From positions 21,686,390 through 21,750,389 of the forward strand of contig NC_068996.1 of assembly GCF_001194135.2 (NCBI RefSeq): a DNA stretch of 64,000 nt, written 5' to 3'. This document shows, one piece after another, positions 38,432 through 51,499 of the stretch. Source of the stretch: Octopus bimaculoides (lineage: Eukaryota). Position numbers and translations under genes: made by a program. How positions within the stretch are numbered: the first letter of the stretch is position 1; each line of letters starts with the position of its first letter. Under the pieces are notes generated by a model. That model worked only from the letters and a program-made list of their open reading frames with translations, did no database searches and was not told where the DNA came from.

Positions 38432-40391
38432 CTTAAAAAAAAAAGAAATGCAAAATATTTAATTAATAAAATAATTGTTTTTAAATATAACTATCTTTAA
38501 ATAATTTTCATATTCCTTAGGGTTAACAATCTAATTAATACAATTAGAAAAAAAAAAAAAAAAACTTATTTAAATTTTGTAAACTTTAAATTGATAATCC
38601 AATTAATACAAAAATCTTTTAAAAATAATATTTCTTTTACTTGTTTCAGTCATTGGACTTCAGCCATGCAGTGGGACTGCGTTGAAAGTTATGTTGAACA
38701 AATCAACCCCAGTACTTATTCTATTGGTCACCATTGCTGAATCACTAAGCTATAGGTATGTAAACACATCAACACCAGTTGTCAGGTGGTGGTAGAGAAA
38801 ACACACACACACACATATATACAGAATGGGTTTCCACAGTGTGTGTTTAAATTCATTCACAAGGAATCAGTTGGCCTGTGGCTATAGCAGAAGACACTTG
38901 CTCAAGATACTGTGCAGTGGGACTGAACCAGAAATTACATGGTTTCAAAGTGAGATTCTTAACCACAAAGCCATTAATTGTTAATTTAATGAACAACTAT
39001 ATTAATTTATTAGACAAAAACTTGCATATTACTTTCTTCAAAGTGTAGTGAAGGCACATGGTTCAGTGAGTAAAGTATCAGGTTCACAATCATGAGGTAG
39101 TGATTGTGTTGTGTTCTTGGGCAAGACACTTTATTTCAGCTATAGAAATGAGTTGCTGTGTCACTGGTACCAAGCTGTATCAGTCTTAGACTTCCCTTTG
39201 CATACCATCAGTGGCATGGTGGGGGGAGGCTGGAATGCACGGATGACTGCTGGTCTTCCATAAACAACTTTGCCCAGACTTGTGCCTAGAACAGTAACTC
39301 TTTCTAAGTGCAATCCCATGGTCATTCATGACTGAAGGGGTGTTTTTACCCTTTACCCTTCTCGCTCTCTTCAAGCCAATTAAAAGGTTTTTTTTTCTTC
39401 TTTCATATTGCTCATGGTACATAAAATGCTAACTCAAGAAATGAACAGACATGCAGTCATTGTTGCCATATGTGTGAAACAGTGATTTAGAAATTGCCTA
39501 ATGGCTAAGTGTTGTAAAATCTTTCATACACAGTTTGAATGGAGCCAGAAACCACTGGTGGAAATGTTTCAGCTGTATCAAAGACAAAAAAATAATAATT
39601 CTAAACATTCAGACACTATAAGGACACCACAATTCAGTGAATGGGTTCAAAATATTATCAATGGTGATTCCAAAAAGTCAAAGAACATCAGGTGTTGGAG
39701 TGGGTTGTCAGAGCTGTGGTGCACAAGGACATTTAGATACAAGTTGTATGCATTGAGGAGAAGCCAATTCATATCCGCAAAGACACAAGAAAACTGTTTG
39801 ACCTAAGTTTAAAGCACCCCACCAACAAGGCATGCTTTGGTTGTTCTCTAATGGCAAAAACTTCAACTGAGACCAAAAGTTGAACAGGAAAAATGACAGA
39901 TGGTTATATGCAGATCTTCCTGATGTCTCTCCAGAGAGATGCACACTAAGTTTCTGGCAACTACAATGACTTTAGGTATTGTGAGTAACAAAGCTCATGT
40001 CATGCCATCTCACAACCTTCCATGGGGTTTTACATTTAATACTGCAAGATACAGTGAGATGCTGGAGACATTTGTTACATTTTGGATGTGGAAGGCCAAA
40101 CACGCTTCAACAAGACTGGCTATCAGACAATCCTTACAATCATGTCAAACCAAACGTGTGGCCTCTAAACTTGCCAGATTTAAATACTATGGACAATTAC
40201 AACTAAAGTGTTGCATTCTTCCCTTTCATGGGACTGTCACATCAAGTTGACAATATGCCATCACTTTATTGTGAGGCTATTGTATAAATCTCTCTGACAG
40301 ATTTAGAAATGTAATATTTCTATAAAAATATATATATACATATATATTCATACACACATTCATATATACCTACATATATATACCTACATAC

Positions 40392-40463
<72 letters not shown>

Positions 40464-41446
40464 GTGTAAAAAGCACCATCCGAATGTGTTCGATGCACAT
40501 CTCCCCACCTTGACTGACACTTGTGCCAGTAGCACGTAAAAAGCACCATCCAAACATGGCCGATGTCAGTGCCAGCTGACTGGCTCCCGTACCGGTGACA
40601 CGAAAAATACACACACTACACTCTCGGAGTGGTTGGCATTAGAAAGGGCATCCAGTCGTAAAAACTCTGCCGAATCAGATTGGAGCTTGGTGTGGTGTCC
40701 TGGTTTGCCAGTCTCCAGTCAAACCGTCCAACCCATGTTAGCATGGAAAATGGACATTAAACGACGATGATCATATATAAACATACATATACACATATAT
40801 ATACATATGTATACACATATATATACATATATCATGATNNNNNNNNNNNNNNNNNNNNNNNNNNNNNNNNNNNNNNNNNNNNNNNNNNNNNNNNNNNNNN
40901 NNNNNNNNNNNNNNNNNNNNNNNNNNNNNNNNNNNNNNGCCGCTGGACTGGCTCCTGTGCAGGTGGCATGTAAAAAAACACCATTTTGTGTGTGGCTGTT
41001 GCCAGTACCGCCTGACTCGCCCTCGTGCCGGTGGCACGTAAAAGCACCCACTACACTCTTGGAGTGGTTGGCGTTAGGAAGGGCATCCAGCTGTAGAAAC
41101 TCTGCCAAATCAGATTGAAGCCTGGTGTAGCCATCTGGTTTCACCAGTCCTCAGTCAAATCGTCCAACCCATGCTAGCATGGAAAGCGGACGTTAAATGG
41201 TGATGATGATAATATATATATACGTGTATAGTAAATCCCAAAAAGAACAAACACAAAAAAAAACAACATGAGGACGTGGTACATGTAATGTAGTAGCAGC
41301 CGCCCAGGTAAGGAAAGAAAGATGGTATAACGTTTTGAGAGACGCTCTTCTTCGGAAACAGAGTAAAGTCCAAAAGAGGGGGAAGACAAGAAAATCGCCA
41401 ACAATTCACATGTGGTTACACACACACACACACACACATATATATA

Positions 41447-41608
41447 GGCGTAGAAGTGGCTGTGTGGTAAGTAGCTTGCTTACCAACTACATGGTTCCAG
41501 GTTCAGTCCCACTGTGTGACACCTTGGGAAAGTGTCTTCTACTATAGCCTCGGGCTAACCAAAGCCTTGAGAGTGGATTTGGTAGACAGAAACAGAAAGA
41601 AGCCCGTC

Positions 41609-41643
<35 letters not shown>

Positions 41644-41845
41644 TGTGTGTCTGTGTTTGTTCCCCCAACATCGCTTGACAACCGATGCTGGTGTGTTTAT
41701 GCTCCCGTAACCTAGCGGTTTGGCAAAAGAACCCGATAGAGTAAGTACTAGGCTTACAAAGAATAAGTCCTGGGGTCGATTTGCTCGACTAAAGGCGGTG
41801 CTCCAGCATGGCCGCAGTCAAATGACTGAAACAAGTAAAAGAGTA
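41447..41845 (+). mobile_element. Full-length tRNA-derived CORE-type SINE, family 1
   Basis: A-box-like TGGCTGTGTGGTAAG, B-box-like GGTTCAGTCCC, core ACCTTGGGAAAGTG, internal (TA)n, tail CAAATGACTGAAACAAGTAAAAGAG. Confidence 0.9.
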
Positions 41846-41854
41846 TATGTATAA

Positions 41855-41946
<92 letters not shown>

Positions 41947-41967
41947 AAATGTATGTATGTATATATA

Positions 41968-42620
41968 CAGGGTGGGGAAGCAAAATTTACAATGAATGTT
42001 AAGTTGTTTTTTCTCAGCAGGCATTAAGTAAATTGTTTTGAAACCTAGCATATATTGATGTCATAATCATACCTAACACTATTATCCTTACCTTTTTAGA
42101 AACTTTTGCCCTTATGAGTAATAGGAAAGCAAACATCGAAGAGTGTGTGATTTACTGAATGCACTCGTCACACCAAAGTAGATTTCAAGAATAGTTGGAG
42201 TGTCCATAAAGACTGTTTATAATGTAAAGAATAGAATGGCTATGAGCAAAACTATTACGAGGAAGTCTGGAAGTGAGGAATCAACAAAAAAATGTACCAA
42301 AACTTTTATTAAAGCTCTCAAAACCAAATCCATGAGAAAGATGGCAATTGAACTTGAGGTAGACAACAAGACCATTAGAAATGCAGTAAAATATGATTGA
42401 GGTTAAAATCTTACACAAGAACACCAAAACACTTGTTGAGAACAGCTATGAAGGAAAAGAGATTGAAAAGGTGCAAGAAAATTATTACATGGTTCAAGAA
42501 AAAGTTCTCCATTGTAATGATCTTTTCAGATGAAAAGATCTTCACTGTCAATGCTGTTCTGAACCACAGAAATGACAGATTTATCATAAAATCGACAGCT
42601 GAGGTTAAGGGAACATTCAG
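41968..42620 (+). mobile_element. Tc1/mariner 5' part, truncated at a CR1-type LINE
   Basis: TA|CAGGGTGGGGAAGC terminus; IFSDEKIFTVNAVLNHRNDR motif in ORF 42397..42708. Confidence 0.85.
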
Positions 42621-43490
42621 TAAGACAGCTATATTAACATTTAAGAGGGCTATTATGAACAGTAATGGCCCCAGAACAGTTCCCTGGGGAACACCACTCA
42701 GGATTTGAGTTTCCTCAGAAAGGGCACCATTGGCTGCAACTACCTGACTTCTGTCTTTAAGGAAGTCATGCAGCCACTCTCCCAATTTGCCAGCAATTCC
42801 AAGGTCTCGTAGCTTATGACTCATCATGCCATGATCTACTTTATCAACTGCCGTTGCAAAGTCAAGCAGCTGTTTCAAAACCTAGTCATAGTGATGTAGG
42901 AGCTGTGTGAGGCAGCTTCTTCCTGGCTGGAAGCCATGCTGAGTAATGTTCAGTAAGTCATTTTCTTCTAGGAACATTATCAACTTCTTTCTGATGATTC
43001 ACTCCATGATTTTACTGATCTGTGAAGTCAGAGAGATTGGCCTGTAGTTTTTGGCCTCTGCTTTGCTTCTACCTTTGTGGATAGAGTGTATAATACCTTC
43101 TTTCGGCTTTTTAGGAAGTATACCACTTGCAAGGAAACTTTGGAAAATATCTGAAGTGGTTTCACTAAAGTCTGCTTACATGACTTTAGGATAATAGTTG
43201 GGAAGCCATCAGGACCACTCATTTCATCCATGGCTGCTGTTACATCTGTTTCCTCAATGTAATTGATGTAATTGATGGCTGGTGCCTCTTTTTTTTAGAG
43301 CTGCAATATCAAAGAATTCAGCTGGATTTTTTATTTGCATGTGTCCAAGGGGGGAAGTGAAGACACTTTTAAATTGTTCACTAAGTATCTCACTTATCCT
43401 TCCTGGGTCTGCTGTCAGCGAGTCATTCTCTTGGAACAATGGTCCTATTTTATATTGTATTGTCGCTGTTTCCTTGTGAGAATTTATAGA
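42621..43490 (-). mobile_element. CR1-clade LINE RT fragment
   Basis: LDFATAVDKVDHG, SGVPQGTVLGPLLF and GPDGFP motifs. Confidence 0.88.
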
Positions 43491-43894
43491 AAGCTTTGGG
43501 ATTTGTTTTTATGCTTTCCACAGCCCTTCTCTCTCTCTCTCTCTCTCTCATGAGAGAGTTTGATCTTGCTTTCAATATCTAGGAGCGTGTAAACATGTAA
43601 AAGATATCTCTCTCTCTCTCGATATATATATATATGTACACACACACACTCATATATATATATATATATACACACACATATACATATATTTTTTATATGT
43701 TTCAGTCATTTGACTGTGACCATGCTGGAGCACAACCATGAGGGGTTTTAGCCGAACAAATCGCCCCCAGGACTTATTTTTGAAGCCTAGTACTTATTCT
43801 ATTGGTCTCTTTGCCAAACTGCTAAGTTACAGGGAGGTAAACACACCAGCACTGGTTGTCAAACAGTGATAGGACACAAACACACACATATATG

Positions 43895-43932
<38 letters not shown>

Positions 43933-44049
43933 ATATAAATAATATATAAACATATGCATATATCCATACATATATGTACATACCTACATCTATATGTATA
44001 CATACATACATATATGGGTACAGGACATACACACACACACACAAACCAC

Positions 44050-47000
44050 ATTCAGAACAAACTAACTGATATTATCTCCCAAATAAAAAAACTCTGATAA
44101 CCTACATGTTCTTTCTGATAAAACAGGAAACCTATATTCACTACGAATCGATGCTTCTAATAACTTTATTCTGAAGGAATTGAACTCTAAATATAAAATA
44201 GTTGCTGATAACAGACTGAATGAAATTAGTAAGAAACACTTCGACTTTAAGGAGCTAAAATTATCAGATAGGACGGAACCATATGCCACTAAAATCCCAC
44301 ATTTCACATTTAACCTTTTCGTTACTATATTTCTGACCAAAATACACCCTTCATGAGTTTCAATTAAATTCTAAAATAATCATGAATTTAGACTAGTCTC
44401 ATTAAACACCTGTAACTTTTTTATTTATCAACATATTAATGTGATATTTGGAACATAATTAAAGAAAAGGTTCTTAATCAATTCTATTGCATAATTTTTG
44501 TCTGAAAGTTCTCCACGTACTGGGAGGGGGGTACTGCTAGTGTCTCTCACATGTAAATATCGGTTCAGCTTCACGAATCGTACTCGTTCATAATACTGGN
44601 NNNNNNNNNNNNNNNNNNNNNNNNNNNNNNNNNNNNNNNNNNNNNNNNNNNNNNNNNNNNNNNNNNNNNNNNNNNNNNNNNNNNNNNNNNNNNNNNNNNN
44701 NNNNNNNNNNNNNNNNNNNNNNNNNNNNNNNNNNNNNNNNNNNNNNNNNNNNNNNNNNNNNNNNNNNNNNNNNNNNNNNNNNNNNNNNNNNNNNNNNNNN
44801 NNNNNNNNNNNNNNNNNNNNNNNNNNNNNNNNNNNNNNNNNNNNNNNNNNNNNNNNNNNNNNNNNNNNNNNNNNNNNNNNNNNNNNNNNNNNNNNNNNNN
44901 NNNNNNNNNNNNNNNNNNNNNNNNNNNNNNNNNNNNNNNNNNNNNNNNNNNNNNNNNNNNNNNNNNNNNNNNNNNNNNNNNNNNNNNNNNNNNNNNNNNN
45001 NNNNNNNNNNNNNNNNNNNNNNNNNNNNNNNNNNNNNNNNNNNNNNNNNNNNNNNNNNNNNNNNNNNNNNNNNNNNNNNNNNNNNNNNNNNNNNNNNNNN
45101 NNNNNNNNNNNNNNNNNNNNNNNNNNNNNNNNNNNNNNNNNNNNCGATTCATTATCGTTCACCACGTGCTTTTGTAGCTCATTCATTCTATTCTGTTGAA
45201 AAACCTTCAAATTCGGAATCACTGCTTGATAGCATGAAACTCTTCTCCATCTTCAAAGTTGAAAAAAATTAACGCTGCAAAAAATGTGGAAAAAAATCTT
45301 CCAAAATTCACTGAGTTCAAATATCACGCCAAACAATGTCGGATACAATAACTCAACTGTTTGCAAAGTGAAATCAGGTGTTTTAACGAATGTACTAATG
45401 AGATTTGGGTTCAAATATACATTTAAATAACAATGGGTACACTCGGCCGGCTACGTCTTATGAACCAAAAAATTTTTCGGCCGGGTTAGTAACGAAAGGG
45501 TTAAGGATCACAAAGCTAACTTTGAGAGCAAACCCACAGTTATATTAATTTGCCCAACCAAATCTGACTTGGGCAGAATTAGTAAGTCTATCATTGATAG
45601 AATTATCCCTTGTGTTAAAAGAAATGCAGACCTTCCACTTTGGATATCCACAGGGGATGTCATAACTTGGTTCTGCTCATTGAATAATAAATGGAAAACT
45701 CACTTTATACAATCCGACATTAGTAATTACTACCAATCTATTAAGCTGGACTTGCTTGATAAAGTAATCACTTTTGAGTAGAATTTTACTGATATTACAC
45801 CATCAGAGAAAAATATTTTTACCGCAAGGAAAACACTGATATCTTTCAGATATAGGACCTGGACCTGATGTGAACTTCAAGACGACTTTGATGTTACAAT
45901 GGGAAGCTTGGACTCTGCCCAGGTCACTGACATTGTTGGCTTATTAATTCTTACTTTCTAAAATTAAGGAAGAATTCTCTAATATCAGCAGAGGTTTGTA
46001 TAGAGACAATGTGTTATTTGCTATTTCCAGCTCCTCTGCACAAGCAACTGATAGGGTAAAGAAAAGACTAATAAAATTTTTGAAGTTACATAACTTAGAT
46101 ATTATATTTGAAAATGTCACTAAATGTGTTAACATTTTGGATGTAACATTAAATTTAGATAATGGCTTATTTTACCCTTACCATAAGCCTATTAAAACCA
46201 TTAAGTATATCCACACCTTATCTAATTATCCCCAAAGTGTTATTAATGGGGGTAGTCAAAGGTGTGTCGATAAGAATCGACAACTTATCTGCAAACGAAA
46301 AGATTTTTTATAACTTTGCAACCTTTTATAATACAACAATGAAGGACAGTGGATTCAATGGGAAAATATATTAAGAATACAATATTTAAAAATAAATTAC
46401 GTAAATGTTTTCCAAATATTGCGAAATTAAACATTGACACACCTCCCTTGAAAATCCCCCCACCCCGAGCATAAGAACCGACACCATAATAGAAGATACT
46501 ATAATTCATTTGATTATAATAATAATGACTATACTGGGCAGAGCAGGAACTTGGTGGGGAAACAAAATTATCTGGTTCACACTACCTTTTTCCCTTCAAG
46601 TTATAAACCTCCCTAAATTATTTTTTAAGATTATTGACAGGAATTTCCCATCAGGCCATAAATATCATTCTATCTTTAATAGGTCCTGCCTTAAATTATC
46701 GTACTAAACTACGCCCAACCTAGGATTTATAATTGCGGCCAACAATAGATTTAAACTTAGAAATAGTAGTATTGATAGAGATGACAATATAGCTGATCTT
46801 AATATGAAGAGTAATAAGAATCCTGATATTCAAAATATAAAGGCAAAGCATGGAAATAAAACATGCGATTTCCATAACCAGGAACTATGTTTCTTAAAAG
46901 GTTTCTGTTAAAGGAGAAATGTCATATATAAAGTTGAGGTTTCAACCTTTAGTGAATCAAAAGATATTCATAGGAAGTACAACTAATTTTAAGACCAGAT

Positions 47001-47200
47001 ATAGGGCACACACAAATTCATTTATTAATCAAGAAACAAAAAATTCGACTGCACTAGCTGCCCACATTAACAAATTAAAAATGCACAACAAAGAATTCAG
47101 TCTATATTGGTCTATTATAATGGAAACCACACCAGAAACTGTAAATTATGCACAAAAGAAGCAATCTATATACTCTGTGCTGACAAAAAATTTTACTTAA
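44050..47200 (+). mobile_element. Penelope-like element (RT + GIY-YIG), decayed, interrupted by a piggyBac-type insertion
   Basis: SDKTGNLY, FKDHKANF..KP...ICPTKSDLGRISK, QSDISNYY, GLYRDN, ILDVTLNL...YPYHKP and IFIGSTTNFKTRYRAH...STALAAHI motifs. A second GIY-YIG scrap lies at ~53930-54150. Confidence 0.85.
44314..45500. mobile_element. piggyBac-type non-autonomous element (contains an N-gap)
   Basis: TTAA|CCTTTTCGTTACT ... AGTAACGAAAGGG|TTAA: 13-bp TIR with one mismatch and a TTAA TSD. Confidence 0.88.
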
Positions 47201-48938
47201 TAAGATCTTGGATGTCATTATTCTTTGTAGGTATAAATATTTATTAACTTTTAAATTTTTCTCCAAAAATAATCAGTTTATATTTTAACCTAGTTATCCT
47301 TTATGTATTTGGATTCATCTTAAAACACTATTATCTTTAGCTTCACAATTTATTAAAACATATAATTTTAGCCCTTATATTATCCGCCTGAATAATATGT
47401 TCTGACAATATTCAATTTTTTAAAATTCTTAAATTTCTCATGTTACTTAAAAATCTTTTAAGATTTAAATGACTCTTTTATAAATCCTTTAGATTAACTC
47501 TGATGAGAAAAATATAGATGATTATTACAGATGGAATTAACTCACCCATACCAACATATATCTTGTTGAAATGGCTGTCAGACTTTGCACCTACTCAAGA
47601 TTCCTTTTGAAATCATTTTATACCAACTTTCTCATCTATTTGGATTACCATTCATCATCTGCATATTTTAATATCCTCATTGATTTTAATATGGATATAC
47701 AACCTCGCAAGTACATTTATGTATTTATATATGTATAAATTTTTATATTATATCTTGTGTATATGAATGCACCTATGTATGTTGTGGAGTATTCTGACGC
47801 TTTGAAATATACTGAGTGAATATGAACACTGACCTTTGAAATTTGTTATATCTTTCCTGGTTTCATATACACCCAATGGGCTTCTTTCAGTTTCCATCCA
47901 CCAAATCCACTCAAAAGGCTTCAGTCAGCCTGAGGCTATAGTAAAAGACACTTGCTCAAGGTGTCATGCAGTAGGACTGAACACAAAACCATGTGTTTGA
48001 GAAGCAAACTTCTTACCACACAACCATTTATTTATTTATTTGTGCTTGTCCCCTTCCACTACTTGGAAACCAGTGTTGGTTTGTTTATTTCCCCCATAAC
48101 TTAGCAGTTCAGAAAAAGAAGACTAATTAAATAAGCACCAGACTTTAAAAGTTTTGGAGTTGATTTGTTTGACTAAACCCTTCACGATGGTGCCTCAGCA
48201 TGACCATAGTTCAATGACTGAAACAAGTAAAATAGAAACATATCCAGTGGTATATGTAGGGTTTATTAAAAAAAAACCCTTTGGTCGTGAACGACCATGG
48301 GATTGCACCTAGAAAGTTCCCCCCTGAGACACAAGTCATGGCAAGATTGTTTATGGAAGACCAGCAGTTGCCCGTGCATACCAGCCTCCTCTCTCCATGC
48401 CACAGATGTTATCCAAGGGAAAGGCAAAGGCCGATACAGCTTGGAACCAGTGACATCGCAACTCATTTCTACAGCTGTGTGAACTTGAGAACCATGAAAT
48501 AAAGCATCTTACTCAAGAACACAACACTACCTCATAATCTGGTATTATGAACCCTACCTTCACAGGTAGGGTTTATAGTACCAGATTTACAAACAAAAAA
48601 TTCTCCCACATAATTCAGTAGATGGAAGTTATGTAAAGTCAAAGCAAGGAGACCAAAACACACATACACACATGAATGTATGTGTGCTATGTGATAGTTG
48701 TAAGCAAGTGTCACTACCATGCAACTGGTGTCCTTTAGTTCCTGTCTTCTGTAAAAACATATCTGGTCATGGGGAAATATTACCTTACTTGGAAACAAGT
48801 GAAGGTTGGTGACAAGAAGAGCATCCAGCTGTACAAATATCTGCCTCCATGCAAGCATGGAAATGTGAACATTAGAATGATGATGATGATGATGTCCACT
48901 ACTATAATCAGTGAAGTGTAGTATGTAAAAAAATATAA

Positions 48939-49200
48939 TTGTGATATATTTCAACATCTAAAGGCAAATTCGCTGCAGTTAAAGTGGGGAAAAATAATTC
49001 TCTCTTATGGTAAACGGTGTAAAAATACCATATCTGCCTAGTGTTGCCCCCTATTGGATTTCTAGATGCAGAGTTTCTGGTTCCTTAACTTTCTTCTATG
49101 GAAAATACTGAAGAGAGGTAACATAGGCATTTTAAAGCCATAGCTTTAACTCCACGGTAACTGCAGTAAATCTGCCTTTAGATGTTGAAATATATCACAA
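48939..49200. mobile_element. MITE with 28-bp perfect TIRs; inverted partial copy at ~49326-49503
   Basis: TTGTGATATATTTCAACATCTAAAGGCA / TGCCTTTAGATGTTGAAATATATCACAA. Confidence 0.8.
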
Positions 49201-50184
49201 ACATATTTTAACTAACCTAAAGTTTGCTTATGCCTAAACACTGCTTAGTGCTGATACTGTTGAATCTGACCAGGTGGTCCAATAATGCAACTCAATGTTA
49301 TTTACTGTTGTTTTTTATTTATTTTGGTTAAAGCTATGGCTTTAAATCTACCTAGAGTGACCTCTCTTCGGTATTTACCATTGAGGAAGCACTGTGTCTG
49401 AGAATCCAACAGAGGGCAACACTGGATAGATATGGTGTTTTTACATCTTTTATCACAAGAGAGAACATTTTTCTTCACTATAACAGCAATGAATTTGCCT
49501 TTAGAAATAGGTGTACCTAGTGTAAACTATAGATGGACACACAAGAGGCACAAGAAGGTTAACAGAGTAAGTAGCATGCTATATGTGGAAGATGCACAAG
49601 AGGAATGAATTCTAAGGACACACAGGAAACATATTTCCTCAAACGCCCTGGAGGCTCCTTAGTAATAGTTTGTTATCTAGGTGGCCTAATTAGCAGTAGA
49701 AGAGGACGTTCTAAAAGTGTAGTAGCTAGAATAAGAGGGGAGGGGGGGAGAAATTTCAGGGAGCTGTTACCTTACTTGGTTACAAAAGGTGTTTTTCTCT
49801 CAAAGTGAAAGGCAGATCATGATGCTTACATACAAACAGCAATGTTACATGGGAGTGAGACATACATATAGATCAGGACAGTTGTATAAAGAACTGACTG
49901 CTTGAAGTGGACAGAAGGGGGACATCCAGGAAGACAAAGTAGTAAAGACAGATCTCAAGATGTTGGCACTCACAGAGGAGATGACAAAAGACAAATATGA
50001 TTAGTGATTCACTGTACTTGAGGTGATCAGTTCATCACAGCAAAAAAAAATGAAGCCCTAAAAGCAGTGCTAGTGTTGAAAACATTAGAGGAAAATCATA
50101 CTCAATGTATGTGTTTTGTTTGCTTGCTGAATTTGGCTCATCCCTGGTTCAATTCAGGTGCATGATGTTGATAAGCCACAAAAA

Positions 50185-50684
50185 TGGTGAAATATTGGTA
50201 TCCATCACTCCTGAATTTGATCCAATGTGAGTTGTCTCACCTGTCTATGACTTCCAGGTATTTTAACACACAGCATTAAGAGGGAGTCATCCCCTAGCAC
50301 TATACTGCAGTGGACTGGGAAACAAAACACGTACATTGCGTATTTATGGTCAATAATGTTTACAATACAAGTGTTGCTTATAATTCATTATTGGATTTAA
50401 TTTTACATGTGCATTGCTGAGGCATGCCAGCAAATAGTTCTTACGCTATTTATATATAGTCACAGAATGGTGACAAATCGGTATCCATTACTCCTGAATT
50501 TGATCTAAGGTGAGTTGTCTTACTCGTGTATGACTTTCAGGCGTTTTAACACCCAACGTTATGCAGGGGTTGTCCCCCAAGCACTATACCGCAGCGAATT
50601 CGATGAACAAACAAAGCACATACATTGAGTATATGCGATCAATAGTGTTTACAACACTAGAACTGCTTTTAATTTACTATTGAC

Positions 50685-50690
<6 letters not shown>
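50185..50690. repeat. Diverged tandem duplication, period ~283 bp
   Basis: TGGTGA...GGTATCCAT[CT]ACTCCTGAATTTGATC starts at 50185 and 50468. Confidence 0.8.
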
Positions 50691-50727
<37 letters not shown>

Positions 50728-50809
50728 GTAGGTAAAGTAAGTGTTAGAAGTAATACTTGATAATTGTAAGCACCTGTATATGCCAGATGGTGGCCGGGGT
50801 GAAAGAATA

Positions 50810-51096
50810 AATTAAAAATGTAAAAATAAAAACAAAACACAAAAGATTCCGTGGTACACGTGTTTCAAGCTTTATAGTCGTTGCATCATTATATTGGTAT
50901 ATAATTGATAGACAGGATGGTATAAAGCTATCTTCAGCCGCAAGTATATTCTTTCCCTATATTTGCGGCTGAAGATAGCTTTATACCATCCTGTCTATCA
51001 ATTATATACCAATATAATGATGCAACGACTATAAAACTTGAAACACGTGTACCGCAGAATCCTTTGTGTTTTGTTTTTATTTTTACGTTTTTAATT
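50810..51096. repeat. Near-perfect foldback: 139-bp arms, 9-nt loop
   Basis: Arms 50810-50948 and 50958-51096; six differences found by eye. Confidence 0.95.
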
Positions 51097-51097
51097 C

Positions 51098-51145
<48 letters not shown>

Positions 51146-51499
51146 TCAGATAGGTACCAAATGCAATATAAATTGTAAATCTGAGCCAAGATTAGTTGCA
51201 AGTGTGGTGTATTTATACAAGAATAACACATGTGGGTTTAAAATTTACTACACTTGATTAGTAGTGCATTTGAGAGAGAGAGATGACTTTAGGCTAAGTT
51301 ATAATAGATAAGTGTTTTGCTACAGAGAAAATTCATGGCTACCCAACATTATATAAGAGTAAGTAGTAGCAGCTGGAAAGATGAAGGAAAAAAGTAGTAG
51401 TGATGTAGTACCTGAGTAAATTCTCATGGTACAAGAAGGTGAGCGTAAGAGAGGATATGGTCAGTGTGTTGGTGGAAAGGGAGGAGAGGTAGTTTCATA

